DNA of 46,379 nt from Ectothiorhodospiraceae bacterium (GCA_002699105.1 PABJ01000116.1:1-46379), one strand, 5' to 3'. Positions 24,358 to 34,847 are shown, numbered from the stretch's first letter. Numbers and translations: made by a program. Notes: a model not told the origin generated them from the letters alone.

Positions 24358-26805
24358 ATGCCGCACGTTCGCTCTATTCTCATCATCATTGGAATAGCCT
24401 GCTGCACCTTGTCTGCCTTCTCGCAGCCGGAGCTGACAATCGAATCCGTTACCGTGAACTGGCCGACCATCTATGTCGATTTTCGTCAGTACTGCAATGG
24501 TGAACCTTCCTATCATGGGGAGAAAAGTGATTATTCTGTATTCGAAAACGGCAGGCCCGTCAAAGAATTCACCTTGTCAATGTCCAATCCGCATGGCAGG
24601 AATGAATTCTCAGTATCCCTAGTGTTTGATGCAAGTGCCTCAATGCAAGGGGATCACCGAGATTGGACGAAATCGGCAGCACATAATTTCATCAATAATA
24701 TGGACGGGGTAGGGGATGAGGCGGCAATCGTTTGGTTTCATTCTTCGGTGAATGTTGAGCTGTCGCTGACCAGTAATAAAATGTCTCTACATAATGCAGT
24801 CGATGCACTGCCTGCTGCAGGAGCGACCGCAATGTGGAACGGCGCCTACGAAGGTATTCAGCAGATTGTATCGGGTGCATCGAATAACGTAAGAGCCGTA
24901 ATCGTTCTATCCGATGGTGCGGATAATTCCAGCACCAGAACCGTGCAGGAACTTGTTGCTCTAGCAAACCAGCACAGGGTAAAAGTGTATACGATTGGGC
25001 TGGGAACTGGAGCAGATTTACCGAATCTGGATGCTCTTGCCTCGAATACAGGCGGTGTGTTCTTTCATTGCACGACGGTCTCCGAGTTGCATTCGGCATA
25101 CATGGATATATTCGACCGATTGATCAGTACCGATATATCAACGATTACATACCAGTCCAATTGCACCGATGGGAGGGAACGGGTTATCGAGGTTATGCAT
25201 AATGACTTATGCGGCGGGGATGCCAATGCTGCGTGGCGTTACCGTGCACCGTTTGATACGACCGGGTTTTCCCGCATTGATATCTCAGTTCTCGGCGATA
25301 CATTGCCGCCGGGCACAAGTACAACAATCCCGGTAACTGCCCAGTCTGCAGGCGCACCTGTAGAGAGCGGACTGATATTCGAGATCAGCTACAACAAGGC
25401 GATTGCAAATATCTATAGCGTTCAACTGGATGGCACACTATTAGAGAATATATCCCCCGTTATACAATTAGAGCCCGGACTGATATCGGTTACCATAGAG
25501 GACTATTTGTGGATACAGGGTCTGGATACATTGTTGAAGCTGCGCCTGCAGGCCGACATCTCTCCGCCTCCACCGGGCGAAACTATGATTTCGTTCGACG
25601 AGGTGTATTCATCGAGCTGCAACATTACCTCGTACAATGGGGGACTGTTCGTGGTGAACAATCTCAGTGCGCCGGGTATTGTAGTGCATGGGGCGACCGA
25701 GTTTTGCGATGGTGATAGCGTTACTCTTGAGGTCAGCGACGGATTCACCGATTACCGTTGGTCGACGGGAGACACAGCAAAGAGTATCACCGTCTACAGC
25801 TCTCAAAACGTCTGGGTGGAAGCTCGGAATTCGTCGGGGCAGCTGCGCGTCTCTTCCTCCGTTCCTATTACGGTTTACCCAATACCACAGGTGTCCATCG
25901 CTCAACCGGATACTGTGATTGCTTGCAATGGCGATTCAGTCGCCCTAAGTGCAGAGGGCGATTTTTCGGAATATCTATGGTCCACTGGCGAGGGATCGAA
26001 GAGTATCAAAGTCGATCAAAGTGGTGAGTACGTTCTCCAGGCTCGAAGCGCAAACGGTTGCTGGGGTGAATCCAGTCCGGTACGTGTGGTATTCCATCCA
26101 GCACCGGCACCTTCGATCGTTGTAACGGGCGATGTTGCAATTTGTTACGGCGATACTACATACCTGGATGCCGGCGCAGGTTACGACGAATATGTATGGA
26201 GTACGGGCGAACAAACGCGGCAAATCAGTGTAACTGCTGGCGCCGAGTATTGGGTGGTGGTCCGCAGGTTTGGCTGCGAAGGTGTATCCGATACTGTCGT
26301 AATCACCACGTACCCCAAACCTGAGAAGCCTCAGATCGTCAGGACGGGCGATACTCTTCAATGCACTATCGACGGAGCAGCGTTCCAGTGGTTCATCGAT
26401 GGGATTGAGATTCCAGGTGAAATATCACAGACTACCGTGATTCAAGACCATGGTCGGTACGCGGTTCGCGTTGTAGATGAGAATGGCTGCACTTCGTTGT
26501 CTGATCCCGTGGTTGTAACCTCTGTGGATGGAATTCCTGAAACGCTCGCATTCGATGTATCGATATCCCCGAATCCCGGACCAGGTACGTTTCTACTGCG
26601 GGTTCAATCCGGCTCCGTGCAAACGTACTCAGTGATTATTCACGATGCATCCGGGAAGACCGTGCACAATCTGCAACTCTCTGATAATAGCGTATCGCAG
26701 ACGGCAACCATTCAGCTCGGAGACGTACCTGAGGGTGTATACTTCTTGTCTGTCAGCTCTCCCACATCCCAACAGACAAAGAAGTTGATTGTACTCCGGA
26801 AATAA
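24358..26805 (+). CDS. T9SS-secreted VWA-domain adhesin-like protein with a cohesin-like domain and three Cys-containing Ig repeats
   Basis: Signal peptide; MIDAS DASAS...T...LSDG; three C.GD...L.....Y.WSTG repeats; SPNPG...GVYFL...KKLIVLRK CTD. Confidence 0.88.
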   Translation: MPHVRSILIIIGIACCTLSAFSQPELTIESVTVNWPTIYVDFRQYCNGEPSYHGEKSDYSVFENGRPVKEFTLSMSNPHGRNEFSVSLVFDASASMQGDHRDWTKSAAHNFINNMDGVGDEAAIVWFHSSVNVELSLTSNKMSLHNAVDALPAAGATAMWNGAYEGIQQIVSGASNNVRAVIVLSDGADNSSTRTVQELVALANQHRVKVYTIGLGTGADLPNLDALASNTGGVFFHCTTVSELHSAYMDIFDRLISTDISTITYQSNCTDGRERVIEVMHNDLCGGDANAAWRYRAPFDTTGFSRIDISVLGDTLPPGTSTTIPVTAQSAGAPVESGLIFEISYNKAIANIYSVQLDGTLLENISPVIQLEPGLISVTIEDYLWIQGLDTLLKLRLQADISPPPPGETMISFDEVYSSSCNITSYNGGLFVVNNLSAPGIVVHGATEFCDGDSVTLEVSDGFTDYRWSTGDTAKSITVYSSQNVWVEARNSSGQLRVSSSVPITVYPIPQVSIAQPDTVIACNGDSVALSAEGDFSEYLWSTGEGSKSIKVDQSGEYVLQARSANGCWGESSPVRVVFHPAPAPSIVVTGDVAICYGDTTYLDAGAGYDEYVWSTGEQTRQISVTAGAEYWVVVRRFGCEGVSDTVVITTYPKPEKPQIVRTGDTLQCTIDGAAFQWFIDGIEIPGEISQTTVIQDHGRYAVRVVDENGCTSLSDPVVVTSVDGIPETLAFDVSISPNPGPGTFLLRVQSGSVQTYSVIIHDASGKTVHNLQLSDNSVSQTATIQLGDVPEGVYFLSVSSPTSQQTKKLIVLRK

Positions 26806-27182
26806 GCCTGCGTTCAGGATTATGCCGTCTACGTGGCACGAGGGAGGGGACGGCCTTACCAGTCTATTCCCGCGAAACATTTCCGGCTTCCATGCGTCTA
26901 TGAACTATCGCCCGGGAGGTGCGTTCGCCCACAACTGTTGGCGGCTGTGAATGCCGGAAGACCGGCGCACGCCGGAGTTGGCGGGCCAACGGTCAGCACG
27001 CGACGCCGGAGATTTCTTTCTTCGTAAAAGATATCGCGGCTCCTGGAACCTTCCTGCGGCGGGCTTGCTTTCATATAGTGAAGTCTGATAATTTACTCTC
27101 TTGCAAACGATGCAAGCAGCATACGCCTTTCCATCTCGATTCCGTCCTGATCAGAAGGCGTTTTTTCATGAATCATTAGACA

Positions 27183-28187
27183 ATGGAGTCCTCGCTCATG
27201 TCTGTCGATATTCAGGAAATTAACGAGAAAGTCCAGCAGCAAAGCGCGTTCATCGATCTTCTGCGCACCGAAATCGCGAAGGTGATCATCGGCCAGAAGG
27301 ACATGGTGAACCGGTTGCTCGTCGGTCTGCTCGGCAACGGCCATATCCTTCTGGAGGGCGTGCCGGGACTGGCCAAAACCACGGCGATCAAAACGCTCGC
27401 CTCGTGTATGGACGCCCAGTTCCACCGTATCCAGTTCACCCCCGATCTGCTGCCCGCCGATCTTATCGGTACGATGATCTACAACCAGAAGAACGGCGAG
27501 TTTCAAACGAAGCAGGGTCCAATCTTCGCCAACTTCATTCTGGCCGATGAGATCAACCGCTCGCCTGCAAAGGTTCAGAGCGCCTTGCTGGAAGCCATGC
27601 AGGAGCGCCAGGTCACTATCGGCGAGGAGACCTTCAGGCTGAAGGAACCGTTCCTTGTCATGGCGACCCAGAACCCGATCGAGCAGGAAGGCACATACCC
27701 GCTCCCGGAAGCGCAGGTCGATCGCTTCATGCTGAAGGTCATCATCGATTACCCGAGCCGCGAAGAGGAGCTTGAGATCATGCGTCAGCAGATCGCCTCC
27801 GCTATTCCCGTCGCGACTCCGGTTGTATCCACCGAAGATATCATCCGCGCACGCGAGGCCGTTCACATCGTGTACATGGACGAGAAAATCGAGAAGTACA
27901 TCCTCGATCTCGTGCTTGCCACCCGCAAGCCGGAGGACTTCGGCATGGAAAACCTCAAGCCGTACATCTCCTACGGCGGGTCCCCCAGAGCGAGCATTAA
28001 TCTCGCACTCGCGGGCAAGGTCATGGCATTTATCAACCGCCGCGGCTACGTGATCCCCGAAGACATCCGCGCGATTGCATACGATGTTCTGCGGCACCGC
28101 GTCGCAGTGACCTACGAAGCCGAGGCCGAGGAACTGACCTCCGAATCCATCATCCAGGAGATTCTGAACACCGTGGAGGTGCCTTAA
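27183..28187 (+). CDS. moxR: MoxR-family AAA+ ATPase
   Basis: HILLEGVPGLAKT, RIQFTPDLLPAD, LADEINR, ATQNPIEQEGTYPLPEAQVDRF. The start may be 27198. Confidence 0.95.
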   Translation: MESSLMSVDIQEINEKVQQQSAFIDLLRTEIAKVIIGQKDMVNRLLVGLLGNGHILLEGVPGLAKTTAIKTLASCMDAQFHRIQFTPDLLPADLIGTMIYNQKNGEFQTKQGPIFANFILADEINRSPAKVQSALLEAMQERQVTIGEETFRLKEPFLVMATQNPIEQEGTYPLPEAQVDRFMLKVIIDYPSREEELEIMRQQIASAIPVATPVVSTEDIIRAREAVHIVYMDEKIEKYILDLVLATRKPEDFGMENLKPYISYGGSPRASINLALAGKVMAFINRRGYVIPEDIRAIAYDVLRHRVAVTYEAEAEELTSESIIQEILNTVEVP

Positions 28188-28232
28188 TCGCGTCCCGTTC
28201 ATGGAGTTTCAAGAATCGATCATAACGGAAGC

Positions 28233-29108
28233 ATGGATACCAAGGAGATAATCAAAAACGTACGGCATATCGAGATCCGCACCCGCGGGCTCGTGAACCA
28301 GCTTTTCAGCGGCGAATACCACAGCGTGTTCAAGGGCCGTGGAATGCACTTTTCCGAAGTGCGCGAATATCAGTACGGCGACGATGTACGCGCTATCGAC
28401 TGGAACGTTTCAGCGCGATTCAACAAACCGTTCATCAAGATATTTGAAGAGGAGCGCGAGCTGACGCTCATGTTCCTTGTGGATTTCAGCGGTTCGCAGT
28501 CGTACGGCTCACAGGAAAAATTCAAGCACGAAGTCGCATCCGAACTCTGCGCCGTGCTGGCTTTCAGTGCGTTGAAGAACAACGATAAGGTCGGAATGAT
28601 CATGTTCACCGACCGCATCGAGAAGTTCATCCCTCCGAAAAAAGGCCGCTCCCACACCCTGCGCATCCTGCGCGAATTCCTGGCGTTCGAACCGGAAGGC
28701 AGCGGCACCGACATCAAAGCTGCACTCGAATACCTGAACGGTGTGCTGAAGAAACGCGCCATCGTCTTCCTCGTTTCCGACTTTATGGATGAAGGCTACG
28801 AGATGCCGATGAAGATCGCGGCCCGCAGGCATGATCTTATCGCTGTGCAGCTCTACGATGAGCGAGAACGCGAATTGCCGAATGTCGGCCTCGTGAAATT
28901 TACCGACGCCGAGACAGGCGAGGACATTTGGGTGGATACATCCATAAAGGCTGTGCGGGAACAGTACCGCAGCGACTGGGAAGAATCGCGGCGGAAACGC
29001 GAGCGCATGTTCCTGACATCCAACGTCGATGCGATGGCAGTCGATGTGCAGGGCGGGTATGTACAGCCCCTTATCGAATTTTTCCGGGCAAGGGAGAAGC
29101 GCCTGTGA
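28233..29108 (+). CDS. DUF58 domain protein (MoxR-associated, VWA-like)
   Basis: GEYHSVFKGRGMHFSEVREYQYGDDVRAIDWNVSAR, EERE, SDF. Confidence 0.93.
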   Translation: MDTKEIIKNVRHIEIRTRGLVNQLFSGEYHSVFKGRGMHFSEVREYQYGDDVRAIDWNVSARFNKPFIKIFEEERELTLMFLVDFSGSQSYGSQEKFKHEVASELCAVLAFSALKNNDKVGMIMFTDRIEKFIPPKKGRSHTLRILREFLAFEPEGSGTDIKAALEYLNGVLKKRAIVFLVSDFMDEGYEMPMKIAARRHDLIAVQLYDERERELPNVGLVKFTDAETGEDIWVDTSIKAVREQYRSDWEESRRKRERMFLTSNVDAMAVDVQGGYVQPLIEFFRAREKRL

Positions 29109-30154
29109 AGCGGTTTCTTCTATTCATAGTATTCCTGGCTGCGGCGACCGGCGCATCCGCGCAGAATGTGCGCGTGGAGTTTCGCATCGATTCATCGAGC
29201 TACCTGATCGGTGACTGGATGCAGGCACATGTGCGGGTCAGTGCGCCGGAGGAATATCGCATCGTTTTTCCGCATGATAGCGAAGGATTCCGCAACGCAG
29301 AATATGTGAGCGAGGACTCCATGTTCTCGGAGGAATCCGGCGGCCAGATTCTGTATTCCAAGGACTATACGTTGATAACGTTCGATACTGCGCTTGTTGA
29401 TATCGGCGTGGATATCGAATACTACAAGCCGGGGGATACGACGGCGTACGTGGCGGCCTCTCCTGATACACGCATCGAAGTGCGTCTCGTCGAAATCGAC
29501 ACCACGGAGACGTTCAAGGACATCAAGGAAGTGCTGCACGTTCCGACACCCTGGTGGGTATACGCGCTGTGGATTATCGGGCTGGCAGCGCTGGCGTACC
29601 TGGCCTGGTGGCTCTGGAAATGGAACAAGCGGCGCATGGAAGAGCAGCCCGAACCGGAACCGGAACCCGAACCGGAAGAGCCGCCAATCCCTGCGCATAT
29701 CTGGGCATTGGAACACCTTCGTTCGCTTGAGGGCAGGAAGGTCTGGGAAGCAGGGATGCACAAGGAGTTCCAGTCCGAGCTGTCGGAGATCATCCGCGGG
29801 TATATCGAACGGAAGTTCGAGGTGAAGGCGCTGGAAGAAACGTCCGGCGAGATCATCTGGGAAATGCGCGCAAAGGGCGTCGAATCGCAGCTTATCAAAG
29901 AGCTGCAGACTGCGCTGGAATGCGCCGACCTGACGAAGTTCGCGAAGTACGTTCCCGATGCCGTTGCGCATCGATCAGGCTTGAAGACCGCGTACTACTT
30001 CGTGGAGCAAACGAAGGGCTGGGGCATGAGCGCAGAAGAAGAGCTTGCGATGGAACGTGCACAGTCTCAGCCGGAACCTGAAGACGACGGCGCAGCGGAA
30101 CAAGAAGCAACGCAGCCTGCGAAACCGGCTGAGGAGGCGGACGATGTTCGCTGA
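29105..30154 (+). CDS. Bat-operon conserved single-pass membrane protein
   Basis: GTG start overlapping the DUF58 stop (GTGA); signal peptide; DIK-then-TM segment; P.H.WAL, IIRGYIE, ALEETS.E and ADLTKFAKY motifs typical of the gene between DUF58 and batA. Confidence 0.8.
   Translation: MKRFLLFIVFLAAATGASAQNVRVEFRIDSSSYLIGDWMQAHVRVSAPEEYRIVFPHDSEGFRNAEYVSEDSMFSEESGGQILYSKDYTLITFDTALVDIGVDIEYYKPGDTTAYVAASPDTRIEVRLVEIDTTETFKDIKEVLHVPTPWWVYALWIIGLAALAYLAWWLWKWNKRRMEEQPEPEPEPEPEEPPIPAHIWALEHLRSLEGRKVWEAGMHKEFQSELSEIIRGYIERKFEVKALEETSGEIIWEMRAKGVESQLIKELQTALECADLTKFAKYVPDAVAHRSGLKTAYYFVEQTKGWGMSAEEELAMERAQSQPEPEDDGAAEQEATQPAKPAEEADDVR
29648..29677 (+). repeat. (Pro-Glu)5 coding hexamer repeat
   Basis: CCCGAA CCGGAA CCGGAA CCCGAA CCGGAA. 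Confidence 0.8.
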
Positions 30155-31142
30155 TATTACTCAGTTCGCAAATCCGGAATTCCTGTGGCTGCTGCTCGTC
30201 ATCCCGCTAATCGTTGGGTGGCACATCTGGAAGCAGCGCCGGGCAACAACGGCCATAACCCATTCGAAGACAAAAATCTTCGGCGAAATCTCGCGGGGAT
30301 GGCGTGTGCGACTGCGGTACCTGCCCTTTGCACTGCGCATGCTCGCGCTCGCGGCTCTCATCATTGCATTCGCTCGGCCGCAATCCTCTGCGCGGGGGGA
30401 GAATGTCTTCCGCGAAGGTATCGACATCACGCTCGTGCTCGACGTGTCGACATCCATGCTTGCCGAAGACTTCCGTCCGAACAGATTCGAAGCTGCCAAG
30501 GATCTGGCGAAGGAATTCATCGAGAACCGCATCAACGACCGCATCGGTCTGGTGATCTTCGCCGGAGAAAGCTTCACGCAGTGTCCGTTAACCACAGACT
30601 ACGGCGTCCTGGTAGATCTTCTCGGGAAGGTGAAGATGCACGTGCTGGAAGATGGGACCGCTATCGGCGAGGGCATTGCCAATGCGGTGAACCGCATGAA
30701 GGAAAGCGAGAGCAAGTCCAAGGTCATGATCGTCCTGACAGACGGCGTGAATAACCGCGGTGCAATCGATCCTGCAACGGCAGCCGAGATTGCGAGGACC
30801 TTCGGTATCCGCGTGTACACTGTCGGCGTGGGAACGCGCGGCAAGGCGCCGTATCCTGTGCAGACGCCGTTCGGTGTGCAGTACCGCAATATGGATGTCG
30901 ATATTGACGAAGAAATGCTGACACAGGTCGCCGATATCACCGGGGCTGAATACTTCCGTGCGACAGGCAACCAGAGCCTGCGTCAGATATACGAGGAGAT
31001 CGACCGGCTCGAAAAAACCCGTATAGAAGTGACGGAATTCCGCCGCTACGCTGAACTGTTTTATCGATTCGTGATTCTTGCCTTCGGTCTGCTGGCAGCG
31101 GAATTACTTCTATCCATGTTCGTGTTTCGGAAGATACCTTAA
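30144..31142 (+). CDS. batA: Aerotolerance VWA membrane protein BatA
   Basis: F.NPEFLWLL, ARPQ, DVSTSMLAEDFRPNRFEAAK, DRIGLVIF, PLTTD, GTAIG, LTDG.NN; position in the operon. Confidence 0.9.
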   Translation: MFADITQFANPEFLWLLLVIPLIVGWHIWKQRRATTAITHSKTKIFGEISRGWRVRLRYLPFALRMLALAALIIAFARPQSSARGENVFREGIDITLVLDVSTSMLAEDFRPNRFEAAKDLAKEFIENRINDRIGLVIFAGESFTQCPLTTDYGVLVDLLGKVKMHVLEDGTAIGEGIANAVNRMKESESKSKVMIVLTDGVNNRGAIDPATAAEIARTFGIRVYTVGVGTRGKAPYPVQTPFGVQYRNMDVDIDEEMLTQVADITGAEYFRATGNQSLRQIYEEIDRLEKTRIEVTEFRRYAELFYRFVILAFGLLAAELLLSMFVFRKIP

Positions 31143-31150
31143 GGCTCGAT

Positions 31151-32203
31151 ATGATACGATTCGAACATCCGGAATACCTGTACTATCTGTTTGCGCTCAT
31201 CCCGATCGCGGGGCTGTTCTGGCTCGTGTGGTTCTGGAAAGCGCGCTCCGTGGTGAAGTTCGGCAATGCACGGACGCTTCGTCGGCTAATAGCCGAACGC
31301 AGCGGTGTGAAGTTCTGGCTGCGAGCCGGGATACTCCTGTTTGCCTTTGGAGTACTCATTGTCGGTTTTGCGAATCCGAAGATCGGAACGAAGTATGAAG
31401 AGGTGACGCGGACAGGCATTGATCTTATCGTGGCGATAGACGTCTCGAATTCGATGAACGCGGAGGATATCCTGCCGAACAGGATTTCTGCCGCAAAGCG
31501 CGAACTCGGCAACCTCATCAATAACCTGAAAGGCGACCGCATCGGCATTATCGTCTTTGCAGGGAGCGGGTATACCCAATTGCCGCTCACCTCGGATTAC
31601 AGCGCCGCAATGCTGCTTTCCGATGTGATTTATACGGGCGTGGCGCCGAAGGCCGGCACCTCGATAAGCTCGGCAATCTCCCTTGCGATGGAATCGTTCG
31701 AAGAGGAGAGCGGCAAGCACAAGGCGATGATCATCATCACCGACGGCGAGAACCACGAAGACGATCCTGTCTCCGCTGCTGAAGAAGCCGGCGACGCTGG
31801 TATCGTCGTTCACACCATCGGTATGGGCTCGGTCGAAGGCGCTCCGATCCCCATCAAACGCAACGGAAGACTTGCAGGGTACAAGAAAGACCAGCAGGGC
31901 AACACCGTCATTTCGAAGCTCGATGAGGAAACCCTTCGGGAAGTTGCCGCTGCAGCAGGCGGTACCTACACGCGCGCCTCGAACGCGCAGGATAACCTTG
32001 CCGAGGTCTTTGGCGAGATCGAGAAGATGGAGCAGAAAGATTTCGGTACGAAAGAATTCACCGATCACGAGGACAGGTTTCAGTACCTGCTCGGACTCGG
32101 GATCATTTTACTCATCCTGGAAGTAATGATGTCGGAGCGGAGAAACCGCTTCTTTGCACGCTTTTCATTGTTCGCTCCAAGGGAGGAGGATACCACAGCA
32201 TGA
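31151..32203 (+). CDS. batB: Aerotolerance VWA membrane protein BatB
   Basis: F.HPEYL, ANPK.G, DVSNSMNAEDI.PNR, QLPLTSDY, ITDGENHE, VISKLDEETL. Confidence 0.9.
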   Translation: MIRFEHPEYLYYLFALIPIAGLFWLVWFWKARSVVKFGNARTLRRLIAERSGVKFWLRAGILLFAFGVLIVGFANPKIGTKYEEVTRTGIDLIVAIDVSNSMNAEDILPNRISAAKRELGNLINNLKGDRIGIIVFAGSGYTQLPLTSDYSAAMLLSDVIYTGVAPKAGTSISSAISLAMESFEEESGKHKAMIIITDGENHEDDPVSAAEEAGDAGIVVHTIGMGSVEGAPIPIKRNGRLAGYKKDQQGNTVISKLDEETLREVAAAAGGTYTRASNAQDNLAEVFGEIEKMEQKDFGTKEFTDHEDRFQYLLGLGIILLILEVMMSERRNRFFARFSLFAPREEDTTA

Positions 32204-32988
32204 GACAATTACTATATATACTGGCTTTTGTGACTGTATACAGTGCGGGAGTTTCCGCACAGTCGTACCGTACCCTCGTGAACGAGGGCAACGACTACTA
32301 CGAAAAGGAAGACTACGGCATGGCGACCGAGCGCTACAAGCGCGGTACACGGGAAGACCCCGAACGCATTGAAGGGTACTTCAACATGGGCAATGCCGCC
32401 TACCGCCAGAAGGACGTCCAGGCTGCGATCGATGCATACAAGCAAGCCGCCACAAAGGGGAAGAGCAAGAAGGAGATAGCCCAGACGCTCTACAACGTGG
32501 GGAACAGCTTCATGCAGGCAGCGGAAGCAGCAGGCAACGTCCCGCCGCAGCAGGCTGCCCAGGCAGGCGCCAATCCCGGCCAAATGCAAAAGGAAGGCTA
32601 CCAGAAGGCGATAGATGCGTTCAAGGAATCCCTCAAGCTCAATCCCGAGGATACAGATACCCGGTACAATCTGGTCTATGCAATGGAGAAGCTGAAAGAG
32701 CTTCAGAATCAGCAGAACCAAAACCAGAACAAGGATCAGCAGAAGAAGCAGGACCAAAAGCAGGATAAGAAGGAAGACAAGAACGAGCAGAACAAAGACC
32801 AGCAGCAGGATCAGCAGAAGCAAGAGCAGCAAAAACAGCAGCAGCAACAGCAACAAAAGCAGCAGCAGCAAATGACGAAGCAGCAGGCTCAGCAAATCCT
32901 GAAGGCGCTGGAACGCGACGAGAAAGAAGTCCAGAAGAAGGTCCGTGAGCAAAAGGCAAACCGTGTGAGGGTCGAGAAGGACTGGTAA
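32200..32988 (+). CDS. batC: TPR protein BatC with Gln-rich linker
   Basis: EGN..Y, YFNMGNAAY, YNVGNS, TRYNL; Q/K/D-rich tract; C-terminal EKDW. Confidence 0.88.
   Translation: MRQLLYILAFVTVYSAGVSAQSYRTLVNEGNDYYEKEDYGMATERYKRGTREDPERIEGYFNMGNAAYRQKDVQAAIDAYKQAATKGKSKKEIAQTLYNVGNSFMQAAEAAGNVPPQQAAQAGANPGQMQKEGYQKAIDAFKESLKLNPEDTDTRYNLVYAMEKLKELQNQQNQNQNKDQQKKQDQKQDKKEDKNEQNKDQQQDQQKQEQQKQQQQQQQKQQQQMTKQQAQQILKALERDEKEVQKKVREQKANRVRVEKDW
32704..32871 (+). repeat. Gln-rich (CAG/CAA) low-complexity coding tract in batC
   Basis: QNQQNQNQNKDQQKKQ...QQQQQQQKQQQQ. Confidence 0.85.
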
Positions 32989-34847
32989 TGGTGCACAGCG
33001 TGCGACATACCGCAGCGGCGCTCTTCGCTGTTCTTTTCGCCTTCGGCGCAGTCGGCATGCCGATAGGGATGCCCGCGCAGGACGTGTCCTTCACAGCAAG
33101 CGTATCGCAGAACGAGGTCGCCGAAGGCCAGCAGTTCCAGGTGACTTTCACGCTTTCCGGCGGAAGTCTTCGCCAGCACAGAAACTTCAGCGCACCCGAT
33201 CTCAACCAGCATTTCCTCACACTGATGGGTCCGAGTACATCCACTCAGATGCAGTTCATCAACGGACGGACCTCGTCATCGATATCGTGGACGTATGTCG
33301 TTCAGCCCAGGAAGAAAGGGACATTCACCATACCTCCTGCCACGATTGAATACGACGGCGAGCAGATCAAAACCAACTCCGTTCAGGTAAAGGTCGTCGC
33401 AGGTTCGGGGAGTCAATCGCAGCGCGGCGGCGGTTCGCAAAGCGGTGAGGATGCGCTGAACATCGACGACGATTTCTACATGCGCGCTGTGGCCGACAAG
33501 AGAACAGCCTATCTCGGCGAACCCATCACCGTGACATACAAGGTGTTTTCACGGGTAAATTTCCAGTTCGGGGAGATCGTCAAACTGCCACGCTCAATCG
33601 GATTTTGGGCGGAGGAATTCGAGATCGATCAGCCCAACCGGTACCCGATAGAGGTGATCGACGGGAAACAGTACCAGGTACTCAGTATCAAGCGGGTACA
33701 GTATTTCCCGACGCAATCCGGTGAACTATTCATTGAGCCTTTCGAAGTCAGCTCTGTTGTGCGTGTACGTCAGAAGCGCCGTTCATCGAACAACCAGATC
33801 GACAGGTTCTTCAGCGATCCATTCTTTGACCGCTACCAGAACGTTGAGTACACGCTGCGCTCGCAGCGATTGAAGATCGACGTGAAGCCGCTTCCTGAAG
33901 CGGGCATGCCGGAATCCTTCAAGGGTGCCGTCGGTACCTACACGATGGATGTGTCGTTGGATAGGGAAGACATCAAGGCAAATGAAACTGCGTCTCTAAA
34001 AGTCAAGATTCAGGGGTCAGGGAATATCAAACTGCTCGAAGGCCCCGATGTGGATTTCCCGACGAGCGTCGATACCTACGATCCGCGGATAGAGGACGAC
34101 ATGCGAAGCGGAGCCGGGCGTATATCCGGTACGCGGACATTCGAATACATCTTCATACCCCGGTTCCCCGGCCAACTGACGATACCGCCGGTGGAATTCA
34201 GCTACTTCGATTACAAGAAAGAAGAATATGTCGAGCTGACGGGCGATGAGTTCGAACTCGATATCGCAAAGGGGGCGCCGCGCGATGAGGCGAATGAACC
34301 CACGCAGGCGGATGTGGATTATCTTGCGATGGACGTCAACCCGCTGAAGCAGGCGGATGGAGAGCTGCGCCGCCGCGGCGAAACAGCCGTTCCTATCAGT
34401 ACCATGATGCTCATGTACCTGATACCTGCGTTCGTTGCAGCGGGCGGTATTGCCTGGAAACGGCGCTACGATAGAATTCACGGGGATGCGGTCGGACTCC
34501 GGATGCGTCGGGCTACCAAAACGGCGGAAAAGCATTTGGCGGCATCAAAGAAGTATCTCGATCACAAAATGATCGAAAAGTATTACCAGGAAGTCGCCAG
34601 GGCGCTATGGGGATATATACAGCATAAGCTGACGATACCGACATCCGAAACATCGGTGGAAGGTGTGCTTGCAGTGCTGAGGAACAGGAACATTTCCGAT
34701 GCAACCATCGCCAATACAAAGGAAGCCCTCGACGGCATCGAATACGCGAGGTTCTCACCAACCCGTGCAGAACATGCTGAGATGGCGGAGCTCTATGATA
34801 AGGCGCGTACAGCAATCGTCACGATTGAACAGGAGCTGCGGGCGTAA
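32988..34847 (+). CDS. batD: Aerotolerance protein BatD
   Basis: VSFTASVS, GPSTS...ING, GTFTIPPATI, F.GAVG, G.GNIKL, C-terminal TM and ARFSP. TAATG overlap with batC. Confidence 0.88.
   Translation: MVHSVRHTAAALFAVLFAFGAVGMPIGMPAQDVSFTASVSQNEVAEGQQFQVTFTLSGGSLRQHRNFSAPDLNQHFLTLMGPSTSTQMQFINGRTSSSISWTYVVQPRKKGTFTIPPATIEYDGEQIKTNSVQVKVVAGSGSQSQRGGGSQSGEDALNIDDDFYMRAVADKRTAYLGEPITVTYKVFSRVNFQFGEIVKLPRSIGFWAEEFEIDQPNRYPIEVIDGKQYQVLSIKRVQYFPTQSGELFIEPFEVSSVVRVRQKRRSSNNQIDRFFSDPFFDRYQNVEYTLRSQRLKIDVKPLPEAGMPESFKGAVGTYTMDVSLDREDIKANETASLKVKIQGSGNIKLLEGPDVDFPTSVDTYDPRIEDDMRSGAGRISGTRTFEYIFIPRFPGQLTIPPVEFSYFDYKKEEYVELTGDEFELDIAKGAPRDEANEPTQADVDYLAMDVNPLKQADGELRRRGETAVPISTMMLMYLIPAFVAAGGIAWKRRYDRIHGDAVGLRMRRATKTAEKHLAASKKYLDHKMIEKYYQEVARALWGYIQHKLTIPTSETSVEGVLAVLRNRNISDATIANTKEALDGIEYARFSPTRAEHAEMAELYDKARTAIVTIEQELRA

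Noticed and set aside
26834-26850. TGGCACG resembling a second sigma-54 -24 box
   Set aside because: No TTGC at -12 (followed by AGGGAGGGG). The nearby TGGAACCTTCCTGC has GG-N9-GC spacing, which is wrong.
27093-28202. 369-aa antisense ORF opposite moxR, and similar shadows at 340-1251, 6761-7957, 14476-15342, 32212-32952 and 39210-40067
   Set aside because: They mirror well-supported genes, which is expected from GC-rich codon bias, and have no recognisable motifs. The poly-Leu in 32212-32952 is just the reverse of the CAG tract.
32704-32871. Poly-Gln tract as a contingency locus or prion-like novelty
   Set aside because: Gln-rich linkers are a normal feature of BatC, and in-frame triplets would not phase-vary expression.
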